A stretch of DNA of 64,000 nucleotides, taken from assembly GCF_009914755.1 (NCBI RefSeq), contig NC_060937.1. One strand, 5' to 3'. The translations under genes were made by a program, and so were the position numbers. This DNA is from the human T2T-CHM13v2.0 reference genome, Homo sapiens. Below, piece after piece: positions 38,108-51,838 of the stretch (the stretch's first letter is position 1; each line of letters begins with the position of its first letter). Under the pieces are notes generated by a model. The model saw nothing but the letters and a program-made list of their open reading frames with translations. It did not search any database and was not told the DNA's origin.

Positions 38108-40244
38108 TGAATCACATGTTTAGCTAAATAAGCCTGACACAAAGAGTACATGTATAAGTCCATTCACAGGAAGGTCTAGAAAAGTCAAAACTAATCTACG
38201 GTGATGGAGGTCAAAATAAAGAGGGTCTCAGGTACAAGCTAGCCTGAGGGCTGCTTATATCAGTGTACAAATGCGAACTCCAGTGAGCTCTACAATTCAT
38301 GTTTGAGCATTCTGCTATTGCAAATTATACCTCAATAAAAAGAATAAAAAACTAAATAGAAACAAAACAAAAAGAAGCAGGGGTTGAAATCAAACTGATT
38401 TCACCAACTAAAATGGCTTAACCTAACTTGTAACCCATAGTTTAAAAATAGTTCCAAATATTTTAAATGACAAAATATACAATTATACTTATAAAAAAGT
38501 ATATATACATAAATGTATACATTTATATTAAATATATGTATATCTTAAAAAATCTCCCTAGGTCTTGGGATCAAACAATACTGAATTATATTGGCTGGGT
38601 AGTAAGAGAAGGAGGGGACCGTTCCTGTATATCCTCATAGGAAAAAGCATAGATTTTTAATTAATCAACATTAGGCTCAAATAACATGAATCTTCTCCTA
38701 GGTATCCATTCCGTTCACCCAGTAAGTGCAGAAGGTTACTTTCTGAATTCTAGATGGCATCACATATATTACCTGCTGCAACAAACTAAAACCCAAATGG
38801 GCACAAATATTTTGTTTTGAGAAATTATGAACCCCCAAACATCCAGAAACAAAAAAGCAAATCTCAATGCAAAATATGATACACAGACATTCATAACACA
38901 AACACACAAGCCAAAACTCTTCCCAGACTAGGAGGTGGTTTACAATGGTGGCACTAAAATTAGCTTTAATAGGCAGGTGCTAAAAAGATACTGTGGTAGC
39001 AGTCAAGTCCTAAAGAAAAACAATGCTCTAAAGCCCTAGCCAGGGAGGGAGATTTTACACTTGAGAACAGCCATGTTGTCTTAAAATAAAGGTCAATGCT
39101 GAATGCTGGTCTATTTATAATCCTATATAGATAAACCATGTTTCTATTATAGTGTTTAAGATGTGGGTGTGGAGGGTCGCCATTTCACTCTAGTATCAAA
39201 AAAGAATAGAAGGGCAGTAACAGAGTAAGAGTGCAAAGGGCTAGAGAAGACAAAGATATTTCTCTCATTTAAGAAAGAATCATTCAGATACACACAAGGA
39301 CACAAGTACAAGGACAGTCATTGTAGCTTTGTTTATAATAGAAAAAAATGAAAATAATAGAACAGCTAAAATAAAAAGTCTATATAGTACAAATAAAAGG
39401 GGTAAATTTAAAAATTTTTTAAAGTGCAGAATACATATGGTATGTTAGCATTTATAAAACATTTTTAAACATACTAAATCATACTGTATATATCATTATG
39501 ATAGATTTATTTGTAAAGATATAAAAATGAAAGTAAAACTTTTAATAGTGCTTGTTTCTGATTGGGGTTGTGGGAGAAGAAGAGAATGGGAATAAGGACA
39601 GTGTTTAAAAAGAACTTCAACTATAACCGATGTTTTATATCTTTTAAGAATATGGAAGCTAAAAAGGCAACATCATAATAGATATTTAATCTGGGAAGTA
39701 GCAGTATGGTTGATTTGCTTTTCTTTGTGCTTTTCAGTAACTTTTAAATTTCTCAAAATTGTAAGACACAGGAATAGCTTATTTTTTTTCCAGTAAGAGT
39801 GACCCGAAACAATTTCTGTAACTCAGGCAACCCCCGGGTTTCGTGGCAAGATTACCAGGTCCTTCCTCTTTGGAACCGTGTCTATTACCCTGAGTAAGGG
39901 AGAGCACATGTATCAACATAGAAAGTACGATGCTATTATGAGAACATCTGCCTGCATATTTCAGTTATTTCTTCAGTACCTGTGATGCAGTGTTAAGCAT
40001 TATCAGGGAAAAAAACACTTAAAATAATAATAAAAGGAGAATGCTTTGTAGGGTACTTTTTAGAAGACAGACCTGAAATCATACTGCATGAGTACACGTC
40101 ACCTCGTAATCAGGTCAGAAAAAGAGAGAGGTAATCACAATGTAATTTTTATGATTTCAACAGATTCCATTCTGGACAAACCAGTGAAATGAGACATACT
40201 TCAACAGCATTCAACGAAGAGCAGAAGATATAAGACGATGTTAC

Positions 40245-40312
40245 CTTGGCAAGTTCCGGCAGGTAGCTATCTAAACCGGAACCAGAACCTTCCAATTTGC
40301 TTTGTTCATCAT
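40245..40312 (-). CDS. DOCK9: DOCK9 exon ~9, (D)DEQSKLEGSGSGLDSYLPELAK
   Basis: 68 nt, ttttag|AT GAT…AAG|gtaaca, phase 1/0. Confidence 0.95.
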
Positions 40313-40414
40313 CTAAAATGGCAAAACAGATTATCGGAATCACTTGTAATTCATAGCATTTCATTTGAAACAGGAGGAGGAAGGCCGTTTCTCTTAGGTG
40401 CCTTCAAATGAACA

Positions 40415-40722
40415 CAGTGGTTCCCCACTCTGGATGCTCCTGGGAAACACTTGGGGTGCTTTGAAAAAATACTGATCCACAGGCTCAGTGATGAAAGTCA
40501 AAACACTGAGCAGCTGGTATAGCATGGACACCGTCCAATTAGAACTGACACTAGCTATGAACAACAGCCCACATGGACACGTCCATGAGACCCCCTAAAA
40601 GTCAGACCTGCCCAGGCTCCACCCCAGACCAACTAAATCAGAATCTTTTGTGGGACCAGGTAAATGGTATTTTTAAAAAGCTCCCAGGTACTTCTAAGGG
40701 GAAGCCAGGGTTGGGAATCACC
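40415..40722. mobile_element. MER5-family element interrupted by a ~126-bp insert
   Basis: cagtggttccccact…aaaatactgatccacaggctc | insert | caccccagaccaactaaatcagaatc…aaagctcccaggt…gccagggttgggaatcacct. Confidence 0.7.
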
Positions 40723-41245
40723 TAAGGGTTGAAGTAAAACATGAATTGTCAAGAACATAGCCAGATTTTTCTCACCAATTTAATCTGAGGCTCCCATGCA
40801 TTCTAATTATTACTAATATTTTATAATACAGTAAAATTCTATGCCAGATACTTGAGATTCATTTTCTTATTTACACTTCCCATCTTCCCAGCAATTTTCA
40901 TGTTTATTCCCATTTTATAGGTGAGTCAACTGAGGCTCAGAAAACATAAGTTGTTTACCCAGGGCTACACAGCTGAAATACAGTATTTATGGCACTCAAA
41001 CCCAGGTCTCCCTTTCTGCCTCCAAAGCTTTGGTTCTTCCCATTACATGATCTCCATATACGAAATGTCAGGGAAGTAAGTTATAATGTGACAAAACCTT
41101 TGCTGACAGGATATTTGTAAAGAGCTCCTATCCGTCCCACCTCTCATGTACTTGTGTAACACAGGTCTCCTTCTTATACCCACCTGGCAAAAATAAAGAC
41201 ACCCACAGAGTGTGTATGTGCCTGGGGGAAGCCAAGCCTATCTAC

Positions 41246-41420
41246 CTTCGTGAGAGTCGCCATTTCGCTTTTCTTGCATTGCAGCTTCAAAGTTGAGCTG
41301 GAGGATCTTATTTAGAATTGTGATCCATTCTTCCATTTCCACTTCACTGTCTGCTGCCAAGAGATAACTACTTTTGTCCTGCATCTTGAGCTCAAAAGCA
41401 AAACGCCTGACTTTGTTGTT
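41246..41420 (-). CDS. DOCK9: DOCK9 exon ~8, NNKVRRFAFELKMQDKSSYLLAADSEVEMEEWITILNKILQLNFEAAMQEKRNGDSHE(D) (end of PH domain)
   Basis: 175 nt, tttcag|AAC…GAA G|gtagat; EEWI C-terminal PH helix. Confidence 0.96.
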
Positions 41421-42083
41421 CTGAAATGAAAAAAGGATAAACAGACATACTTTAAAAGAATTAGAACTGCTTTAAAATAATTACTCTCTCTTGTTGGTGA
41501 GTGATATCTCATTGGCATTTAGAACCAAGCTATTTTAAATAGCTTGCCCCCTCCTCATGAAAGCCCCCCCCCCATGAAATCCCATTACCGTCCACCTTCC
41601 CTGCTTCACTTTCTGCAAGCTTTATTTTTCCTTCTGACTCATTACCTGCTTTACATACTCATCTGATTCACTGTGTGTCCCTGCAGTGGAATGAAACCTC
41701 CTCAGTGCTCCCATTTTTGTCAGTGCTACACATCCTTAGTCTCTATGGACTCTACAGTGACTTGCACATAGTGGGTATTTGAAAAATATTTGTTGAATAA
41801 ATGAAATTTCATGTAAAATTTTCATATTTCTTCAGCTCCTATTTTTTTAATGAAGTAGTGTATGGTATTACATTTTTAAAAGCCAACCATTATCTATTAC
41901 TATGTTTGGCTTACTTATCTGGAACTTTCCCATCCTTTATGAATCCCAAAAGGTATTTGGACTCCCTGTCCGTGGCCTTGCCTCATGCCTCCAGTTTTCA
42001 TGCCTGCAAGAGGGTGACTGGCTCACAGAACAAGAACAGTAGTCCATGTGCAGTAACAGACGGAAGATGAACATGCACTAGGC

Positions 42084-42262
42084 CAGGATTTCTCAATCTC
42101 GGTACTACTGACACTTGGGCAGCCAATTCTTTGTTGTGAGTGGCTGGTCCATGCATTGTACAATGTTTAGCGAAATTTATGGCCTTAAGCCAATAGATGC
42201 CAGTCTTCAGACATTCCAAGATGTCCTCCAGGGAGCAAAATCTCCCCAGGTTGGCCGCAGTA
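42084..42262. mobile_element. MER20 (hAT-Charlie)
   Basis: caggatttctcaatctcggtactactgacacttgggc…tgcattgtacaatgtttagc…agatgccagt…cagacatt. Confidence 0.8.
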
Positions 42263-43714
42263 GACAGAGGTTCAGCTCTGAGGATCATGGCACAAGATCC
42301 CCTGTAAGGACAGGCTGAGCGATATGAAATCAAACACTCCCACTAACCTGAGCCAGCAGGACAGCCCCCCGCATAGCCACTAAAATCCTACTGGGTTATC
42401 CACAGTCTCTCTAAGAGTTCCTTGGTGGAGGTCTCAGGGACAGGGCAACCCTCCCAAAAGTCTCTGTGATTCTGCAGCACAGTTCTTAGAAATGCAAAGT
42501 CAAGTGCTCCCCTTGGCAAAGCCACACACTCTTGTGCACAGACTGTCTGCTGTGGGCTCAGTAATTGCCACTTTGGATTCCACTTAAACTTCAAGGCAAG
42601 AACCAGGGAAGAAGTCAAAGGCTTGAAACAAAATGAATTTTCTCTCCTCCTTTCCCTGCATACTCACAATCATGAAAAGAGAAAGTTAAAAGTGGAGAAA
42701 AAAACATTAGGCCTCAATTCTAAATTTCTGTTTCTGAGCCTCAGTTTTCTCATCTGCAAAATAAGTATAATAAATTTCAAGGGTTCTAAAATGCTTCAAA
42801 ATTTTTTAGTTTAGGCACTTTTTTTAATTCACAGCACCAGTCAACTAATTTTTTTATAATATCCATAAGTAATAATTTTTAAAAACACTTAAATCACAAC
42901 TTTTGATGCTTAGTTTACAAACAGACACAGATAAAAACAAATTATTTTACTCTTTTGAAGCCTTGGATACACTTTATTAAATGAAAACACCATCAGCTGC
43001 ATCTGCAAAGACAATTTGAAGGAAGAGACTTCCATTGAAGTCAGAACCTTAGATTTTGAAATGCACCCCGGAGACTAATTGATAGCTCAGGGCAGTTGTA
43101 CTTATAAACATCTGTCCCTGGGCCAGAAACAGGCAGCAAAACTCTCTTATAAAACAAAAATAATTACTTCCTACTTTAAAAAATGAGGTTGCCAAATACA
43201 TTTAGTTTTGCTTTAACCTTCTTTTTAAAGTCAGTGCCAGAAAATTCAGCTAAAAAGTAACTTAAAGGTCTTTTGACTAAAGAATACAAATAAAACTCCT
43301 ACTTGGGAATCCCACCCAAGAAGTCAATTCACTGTCACTGATAAATCACTCTGGCACTCCTTACTTCACAGACATTGTCAATGAACATACTCTGATATAA
43401 TTAGATTGTTCATAGTGGTGGCCTTCAGAGAAGGCTGAATTGCCAGCTAAGAGACATCCACATTAGCTGTTGACTGAAAACAATTTTCAGTGAGCATTAA
43501 GTGGTGCTACAGTCTTGAACGTGGGCCCAAATATACTTTCATGTATTTTACCTTTTTTTTTCTTTTTTTTTTTTTCGGCAGGGCGGGGGTACTGCACAGT
43601 GGTATTTTGTTTGTTTGCTTTTTGTATCCTCTCAAATTACCTGTTGGTGTTTTTTATTTATTTTTCAAAGTGGTTTTTAAAGTTAGTTACCAATAACTAA
43701 AGTTACCAAAGTTT

Positions 43715-43920
43715 AACTCAAATTCTGTATTTCTTGCTTTTTGAGAAACCAGATGATCTGGCACCTTTGAGCCGGGGGTTCCACCTGGCGGCACCAGCTG
43801 CAGGTGGGCAGGAGATGCCCCCTTTAAATGGGGCACTGGGCTCCAGGTCACCCCGGCATTCCCTATTGCTTTGCAACCAGGCCTCTCTGTCACTTAATTG
43901 ACCTCCTTGGTCCCTGCAGA
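43715..43920. mobile_element. MER102-like DNA transposon fragment
   Basis: cagatgatctggcac…gcccctttaaatggggca…ccctattg resembles recalled MER102 consensus. Confidence 0.55.
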
Positions 43921-43949
43921 CATCTGATTCTGGACCCCTCCCTTCCACT

Positions 43950-44940
43950 GCTGACCATAAGGAAGAAACAGGATCTGGACTTAGCCTCCCACCATCATTG
44001 CTAGAAAAGTGGACAAAATACATGAAATAACTGTTTTCAGATAGGGGACAAAAGGCAGTGCAGCCCTTTCTCTGTAGAAGGGAAAGACTGAAGTGAGCCC
44101 CAAATTGCCTCAGCTTTCTGCCTGGAGGCAGTATCTGAATTGCAGCACAGGAAGGGGAATCCAAAAAGAGCCCTGCCATCTTGCTGAGTAGAAGACACTG
44201 ACGAGACCTGGGGAAGACCAAGGTGGCCAGAATATGCAGGGCAGAGTCTCCAGAATGACGGGAAATAAAACAGCACAAAGATAAGAAAGAGCCGAGCTCC
44301 AGAAAGATCCACCGAGTCACACATGCATTAGGCATATATTTTCTATTTATATGTTATACCTTATTTTCTATTTATATGTTATAACTTAACAAAAAAGCTT
44401 ACCAAAGCATAAAATAAAAATCAAGACACAACAACCAAAATTTTAGAACACTAAAGAGAAGACCACAAAGAACAGGGATTTCGAATAACATCAGAACCCT
44501 CCAAACGACAGTGGAAACTAGATGGCAATGGGATGCCCTTGAAATTCCAAGGTAAAATGATTTCACTTTGAATTTTATAACTAGCCAAACTATGAGTCAA
44601 GCATGAATGCAAAAATTAAGATATGAACAGATACCCTAATTCTCAAAAAATTAACATCTCACACACAATTCCTCAGAAAGCTGCAGAAGATGTGCTCCCC
44701 CAAAACAAGAAAGTAGAACAAGAAAGAGGAAGGCATAAGGTCCCAGAAACAGGAAACCCAACACAGGAAGGAAGACAGGCCGAATGTCTACATGGCAGGT
44801 GTGTGGGGCAGGAAAGCAATTCATCCAGACTAGAGGCCAAAGGAGGGTGCCAGGAGCTAAAATCCGATCTACCAGCACAGGAAATCATGCAATGACGTCC
44901 AAAACTGATGAATGAAGAAACAGCAGTGAACACTTGTGAT
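43950..44940 (+). mobile_element. Old L1M 5'/ORF1-region fragments
   Basis: gaaaagtggacaaaatacatgaaataactgttttcaga… and gaattttataactagccaaacta…; boundaries approximate. Confidence 0.5.
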
Positions 44941-44989
44941 CTAGCACCACTACTATTTCAAGGGAATAGGATGTGAGTGGGTAAGGTGA

Positions 44990-45311
<322 letters not shown>

Positions 45312-45923
45312 GCTGGGCTGTTTCAATCAGACAAATGTATTCCTTGGAAGAAAATGCACTTTAATTCTAGGTAAACATGTAAATATGTAACAAGTATACC
45401 TTTAGTCAAACCAGAGAGCTGTGTCACACTGGCCCCACCAAACAGTCTCCTTACAGAATCGAGCTACAGGCTGATGTGATCAGCCATCATGGAGTTATCT
45501 GAAGGGAGAATTCTTTGATAATGGTGACTGAATCTTTTGTGAGGGGTTGTTAGGAAGATTGTTCATCAACCACAGAGCCTTCTGTGTGAGGGGAACCCTG
45601 AGAAAAATGCCTGAATGATCTTCATTCTGAGATTGCTTGGGCAGCTTCTGACTAATTGGATTGCCTTTATCTCATGTGCACTGTGAATTGCGTGACTAAA
45701 CAGGTCTCCAAGTGAGAAAGCATAGAGCCCAGGTGGTGGCCCACCCACAGCAGGTGTTAGATCTTCAAAACATACGCTTTCTCCTTAACTCTATTTTCTC
45801 TCACCCTTATCCCAATCCCCTGTTCATCTTTCTGCTTTCACCCCCACTTTAAATTTATGCTATCCCATGTCCTGTGTATGCTTATAAGCTGCTGCCTTAA
45901 ATCTTCCTTGAAAGTGGCAAGGC

Positions 45924-45985
45924 TGGATGAATGGAGGGGTGGACAGATGGATGGATGGATGGATGGATGGACAGATGATGGACAG
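45924..45985. repeat. (GGAT)n microsatellite
   Basis: Read directly from the sequence. Confidence 0.95.
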
Positions 45986-46244
45986 GGAAATTGACAACTC
46001 TCTTCCAAAGACAATGCTAAAAAGCTACAGAAGGATGCATGCAAAACTGGTAGTAGCTCCCCTCAGAAAAGAGACACTGAAGGAGGGGAGGAGTCCAGAA
46101 GGACTTTCACTTTATCTGTATTGTCTGATTTTTTACAAGAAAAATACATTCATGTGTTATCTTTAATTAACAATAATTTTAAAGGATAAGTACATAAGCC
46201 CTATGATATAAAAGTACAACAGCCCTATGATAACAAAACTATCT

Positions 46245-46470
46245 AATACTGACCAAATGCTTACCATTTGTTGGCACTGTTCTAAGCTTTTTACATGTGT
46301 AATGAATGAACCCTCTCAGTAACCATATTTGGTACTGCCATTATCCTTATTTAACAAATGAAGAAACTGAGGTACAGAGAGGTTAAATAACATCTCCAAG
46401 GTTACACAGTTGGTAAGTGGAGGAGCAGGGATTTGAACTCAATCTGCGCTGAAACCTAATCTCTTTACTG
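46245..46470 (-). mobile_element. MIR
   Basis: aatgaagaaactgaggtacagagaggttaaataac…ccaaggttacacag…gggatttgaactc. Confidence 0.8.
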
Positions 46471-46871
46471 ATCTACACCGCCACTGGTACTACAATGCTA
46501 GCGATAAAAATCACCACTGAGATACTATGAAGTGTTTTAAATATTTTCCTGCACTGATTCATCCAATGTACTCATTTGCCGTATTAAAGAAACATTCTCA
46601 TTATCTGAATTAAGTAGCCTGTTAAAGGTCACGCAGCTATAAAGTGGCCGAGCCAGAGTGCTCCTGCCTGCCACAGCATAATTCTGCCTCTACATTATCC
46701 CTTCCATCTTCTACAATGATGAAAAACAAGGCTTGCCTCATTTAAAGTTATATGTTATATTTCTACCATGCATATTGCCATTTTTGGAAGTGTTTGCTTA
46801 AATCTGCTAATTTACACATAAGCACTACTGCAGATAAGAAAACATAATGGTAAAACTCTTTTCATATTTAC

Positions 46872-47006
46872 CTGAACGACACCCATACAGGAATCCAGAA
46901 ATATTGATCCTTTTGGTTCTTTGGAGATCTTTTCATCTTTATAAAAATTCAAATTATAGGATCCATCGCCAAGTTGAATCAGGTGGAAAAATCGTCTCTT
47001 AAATGA
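46872..47006 (-). CDS. DOCK9: DOCK9 exon ~7, [45 protein letters not shown] (PH domain)
   Basis: 135 nt, tctcag|TCA…CAG|gtaaat; contained in ORF 46812..47117. Confidence 0.97.
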
Positions 47007-47968
47007 CTGAGAGAAAAATATACACACAGCTATTCTTTCAAAATGAAGAGGGTCACAATCTCTATCAATAACCCACTTATGACTACATACATACATAAAA
47101 CCTGTTTCTGTTCTCACTCTAGCTGATGCTCCAGGTCACTGTGGGGTCAAGACTCCCCATCCCATCTAAGAAGCTCACTGCATCTCAGTTCTGAGGAGGT
47201 GGTTCCCCTAATATCCATGGGTCATTTTTCTCACCCACGGAATCAGAGATTTTACATAACTACCCAAAAGCAGTGCAGGGACTTCCAATTTGGGATGCAG
47301 CACAGAAGGACAGAAACTTTCTCTAAAATCCCCAGGGTTTCTTGCTCACAGAATGGGAACTATTTTTTGCCTCATGACGCTGAATGATTTTCCAGCCTTA
47401 GGGTAATGACAGTCACATTTCCTCCTTAATTTTTATCTCCCTGACTCCCTTGTTTCTCTTCCCTTTGTTATTAATCCTGATGTTTCTCTGGTCCCACTTT
47501 TCTCCTAAATAGCTTCTTCTATTGGTTTGACTTCTCTGTCTGCAACCTTCTCTTCTATGCAACTATTTTCTTTTCTCGTCCTCAATTTTTGCTTTACTTG
47601 ACTTTGCTGCAGTACACCTCCACAGAAGTGCTCAGGATTGGCATGACAGATAGCCCCTTGGTGACATTCTGTGAGGTACCAAAGAGCACTTTTCAGTTAT
47701 TACAGAGAAGAAAGCCTATGTCAGTGTCTGCACCTTCACACCAGCCCAGGGATGGTCTCCTTATGCTGGTGGTCAGAAGACAGTGAGGGAAAGTGGGTGG
47801 ATGAGGCTGTGCCAATGGGGGTGCTATCACCAGGGGAGCATCCTAGGAATCAGACAATGTCCCTTTTGTGGGGAAGAACAGCATGCGCATTCATCTTGAG
47901 CATTGTTCTCGAGCTCTATGGCAGAAAGGGCTTGTGAGAGGGGAGGGCAAAGTGATGTGCGTCCTCAC

Positions 47969-48064
47969 CCTCATGGTCACGCTGATGGCACTGTTCATGT
48001 TGCCTTTGTACAGCCAGCCATGCTTGGTGATCCCACCCTTCTGGGAACCAAGGGAGGCAGCATC
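47969..48064 (-). CDS. DOCK9: DOCK9 exon ~6, [32 protein letters not shown] (start of PH domain)
   Basis: 96 nt, tcctag|GAT…AGG|gtgagg; KHGWLYK PH beta1 motif. Confidence 0.96.
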
Positions 48065-49219
48065 CTAGGAGAGAAGGAAAACACCAGCAGTCAACCTCCC
48101 GTTATTACCTGGGTTGCTTGCTGTGAGTTTGGTCAATGGGAAGGTCATTCCCTTTGTGCCAAGTTGTCCATTGCCCCTTTACTGAAGCACCCATTGACAC
48201 CAATGCCTACAAGTCACATAAAAGTCCACTTAGCGGTGAAAGAGAGAGACCCGCCTACATTTCTGAAAACTTTATTCCATTAAAGGCAAAGCTAGCTCCT
48301 GTCCAAATTTTTATTTGTCAGTGTTTAATGAGCCACAAAAGGACCAAAAAGGACATACCTCAACTGACCACTCACGTTGGAAGGTCTTGCCTGGTTTCAC
48401 GAAAAAATGTTTTCAAATGACACTCCCCTATAGTCAGAGGACAAAAGCACATGCACATTCCTGGAAACCTTCCCAGAGGCTTAGTTCAGGGAAAGGTGAA
48501 TAAAGCAAGGGAGGAAATTGAGGCAATACAGAAAGGAGAGATAAAGTGATGGGGGGAATAAAAATAATTTGCTACATGCACATTGCTTAATGAGTGGCTA
48601 ATGTTATAGCTCAGCTGACAATTTTTTTAAAGAAGGAAAAACCTAAACTCACAATGGGACACTTAACAATCAATGGGGAGGATGAGAAATGCAGAGATGG
48701 GCATTGTCTTCTTGTGAGGTTTCCCTCACTCAGTGGGCAGACTCATCTCAATGCCCTACTCCCTTTATATAGTTCTTTAGCCATGAGCTTTCCTCTAGGA
48801 ATAGGGGGAGTGGGCTTGATCAAATCAGACTTCACTAAAAGCAATCATTGAAGAAATAGCCATTTAAATCTACTGGCTGGCAGCTGTTTCGAGATCTGTT
48901 GAAAAACAACCTAAATTCAAGGTCTAAGTCATCTTGATATCTTTTAACAATGTAGCCAGATCTGATCCAAGTCTTTGAAAATGATCTCAGAACAAATAAA
49001 CACAACCAAGAGAACATGAAATGCTAAGCAGTAAAGTTGAAACAGAGACCTTATTCCAATCAATCAATAACATTTTTAAAAAATTATTCCCGTTTCATGT
49101 AACACTCCAATGCCTGTTTTGGCTAAATGTCGGTAATTTTCTAACTAATCTTCTAAGTCTGTAAAATTGATGTTTAAATCTAGAGTGAAAAGAGAAGCAA
49201 CAGCAAGCAGGTATCCCAC

Positions 49220-49289
49220 CTCATCTTTGTCGACCTCCTCGTCAACTTCATAGACATGAACTGGAAGTTTATCCAACTTGACCACTTTG
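49220..49289 (-). CDS. DOCK9: DOCK9 exon ~5, (N)KVVKLDKLPVHVYEVDEEVDKDE
   Basis: 70 nt, ttatag|C AAA…GAG|gtggga, phase 2/0. Confidence 0.96.
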
Positions 49290-50415
49290 CTATAAAAACA
49301 ACAAAGAAAATTTGTTTTAGAAATGCCTAGTCAAGGAAGAGGCTTTGCATTTCTTCCTCCATCATAGGGCCCGGCCTTTACTAAATCCAAAGATGGCCCA
49401 GCTTCTTTATTCAGACAAAGAATAAAACCATCTATGCCCTTGCTTTTCAAGGTGGGTAAGCCAAGAGACTTGAGTAAGAAAGCTCCAAAAAGCTATGTGG
49501 AAAAGACAGCATAGCTTCTGGGGAGTTAGCAGGCATACTAAAAATAAGAAAGTGGATTAGTTTTTAATAAACAAAGACTTGGTAGAATAACTTTTAATAC
49601 AAAGTTTATGAGGAAAAAAAGGAAGATTGAGTTGTTGCGTTGAAACCGATTAACAATGATGGTATTAACCACAACAAAAACAAGACACCAATACCAATAA
49701 GCAGCTTACATTTACTCAATGGGTATGACGTGCTAGGCCCTGCGCACTTCTCATGTGCCCTCTCATTTAATCCTTTAATCATGGTGACTGTTGTTAAGGC
49801 CATTTAACAGATGAGGAAAATCAGGCTGACAGACGGCAGAGTCGTCTGAGGCAGAACACAGAATCTGTGTTCTTCACCACTGTTACAATTCTCCCTCTCT
49901 TTCTCATCACACATTTGGAAATTCTCATTAATGCCAAGAGAGAAAATGTACCAGCAGTCTATTAGATAGTAAGTATACGACATGACATAGTCTGATATCT
50001 TTCAACCCTGAGACTATGAACAAGAGGATCAACAAAGATGGGTTAAGCCAATCCAATGGGAAGAATTAAAAAATCCCTAAGGGAGGATTGGGTAAATATA
50101 GAACTAAAGGGCTACCCATCTGGAGAAGATAATACTAGGAGGGAGTGTTCCTGGCTGAGGTTTAAAAAGAGGCAATCGGGGAATTGGCCGAACATTCTTA
50201 AGGAGTGGCAAAGCCACACAAGGAGGAAAAACAAACAGCTAGGTCTACTGAGAACCGCATAAAAGGTTCCAGCTCAAAGATGTAACAAACGCAAAGAAAA
50301 ATACATTAATCAGGTCTCAAGTAATATTTTCATTGGTGATGGTTAGTTTTAAAACATAATCCATCACTATTTGCTTTCAATTTTCCCAAAATCAAGTATA
50401 ATTCAATTTGCCAAC

Positions 50416-51171
<756 letters not shown>

Positions 51172-51755
51172 ACCTTTTATAAAAGATAGTCTGTCAAGGC
51201 AATACCTAGCTACCGCGATTCACTTTGGCCACAACTATTCAATCTAAATACACTTGCTTTTGGTATAGTCTAGAATAAGTTAATACATTAAAGGAGGTAA
51301 AAAAAAAAATTTAACTGGGAAAATGCTTGTTTCTTGATTTACTTTTTTTAAAAACATAAAATTTATTCAATGTAAAATGCTCTTTATAATTATCTTCTTC
51401 AAAATATTCTTTTCAAGGAAAAAATGCACTGCAGCATATTTCAGTACACTTACGTTTTGTTTGTTTTATATTTTGTAGTGAAAAAATTTCACCTATTTAT
51501 TTATCAGTGGTACCCTGAAAAGAACCACTGGACATAATTAAACCATCCACATGTTTATTACTACCTATCAATACCAAAGTAGCATGTTTGAGTCTTACAA
51601 TCAAAGGCCCTGTAAACAATAGTTACACCACATACACATAAACCATCTAAAAATATTTTCCTCAATTACTCTGATTGCATATGAAGTTACATACCTCCCC
51701 CCAAGCATTTCAAGTACAAAGACTTTTCCCTATGTGTATAATATAGCTTACTCAC

Positions 51756-51838
51756 TTCGGAAGCTGTCGAAACTCTCCTGAGTAATCTTCATATTTATAG
51801 TTCACAAGATGCCAGTCAGAGTTATAGGTTTTGATGCA
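51756..51838 (-). CDS. DOCK9: DOCK9 exon ~4, CIKTYNSDWHLVNYKYEDYSGEFRQLP(N)
   Basis: 83 nt, caatag|TGC…CCG AA|gtgagt, phase 0/2. Confidence 0.96.

Noticed and set aside
40484-40510. GTGATGA…CTGA with a terminal stem, resembling a C/D box snoRNA
   Set aside because: Only ~27 nt long and antisense to the host gene, so it cannot be processed from DOCK9 introns.
43718-44335. 205-aa ORF, the longest in the window
   Set aside because: Spans decayed MER102-like and L1 relics in antisense; no protein-like features.
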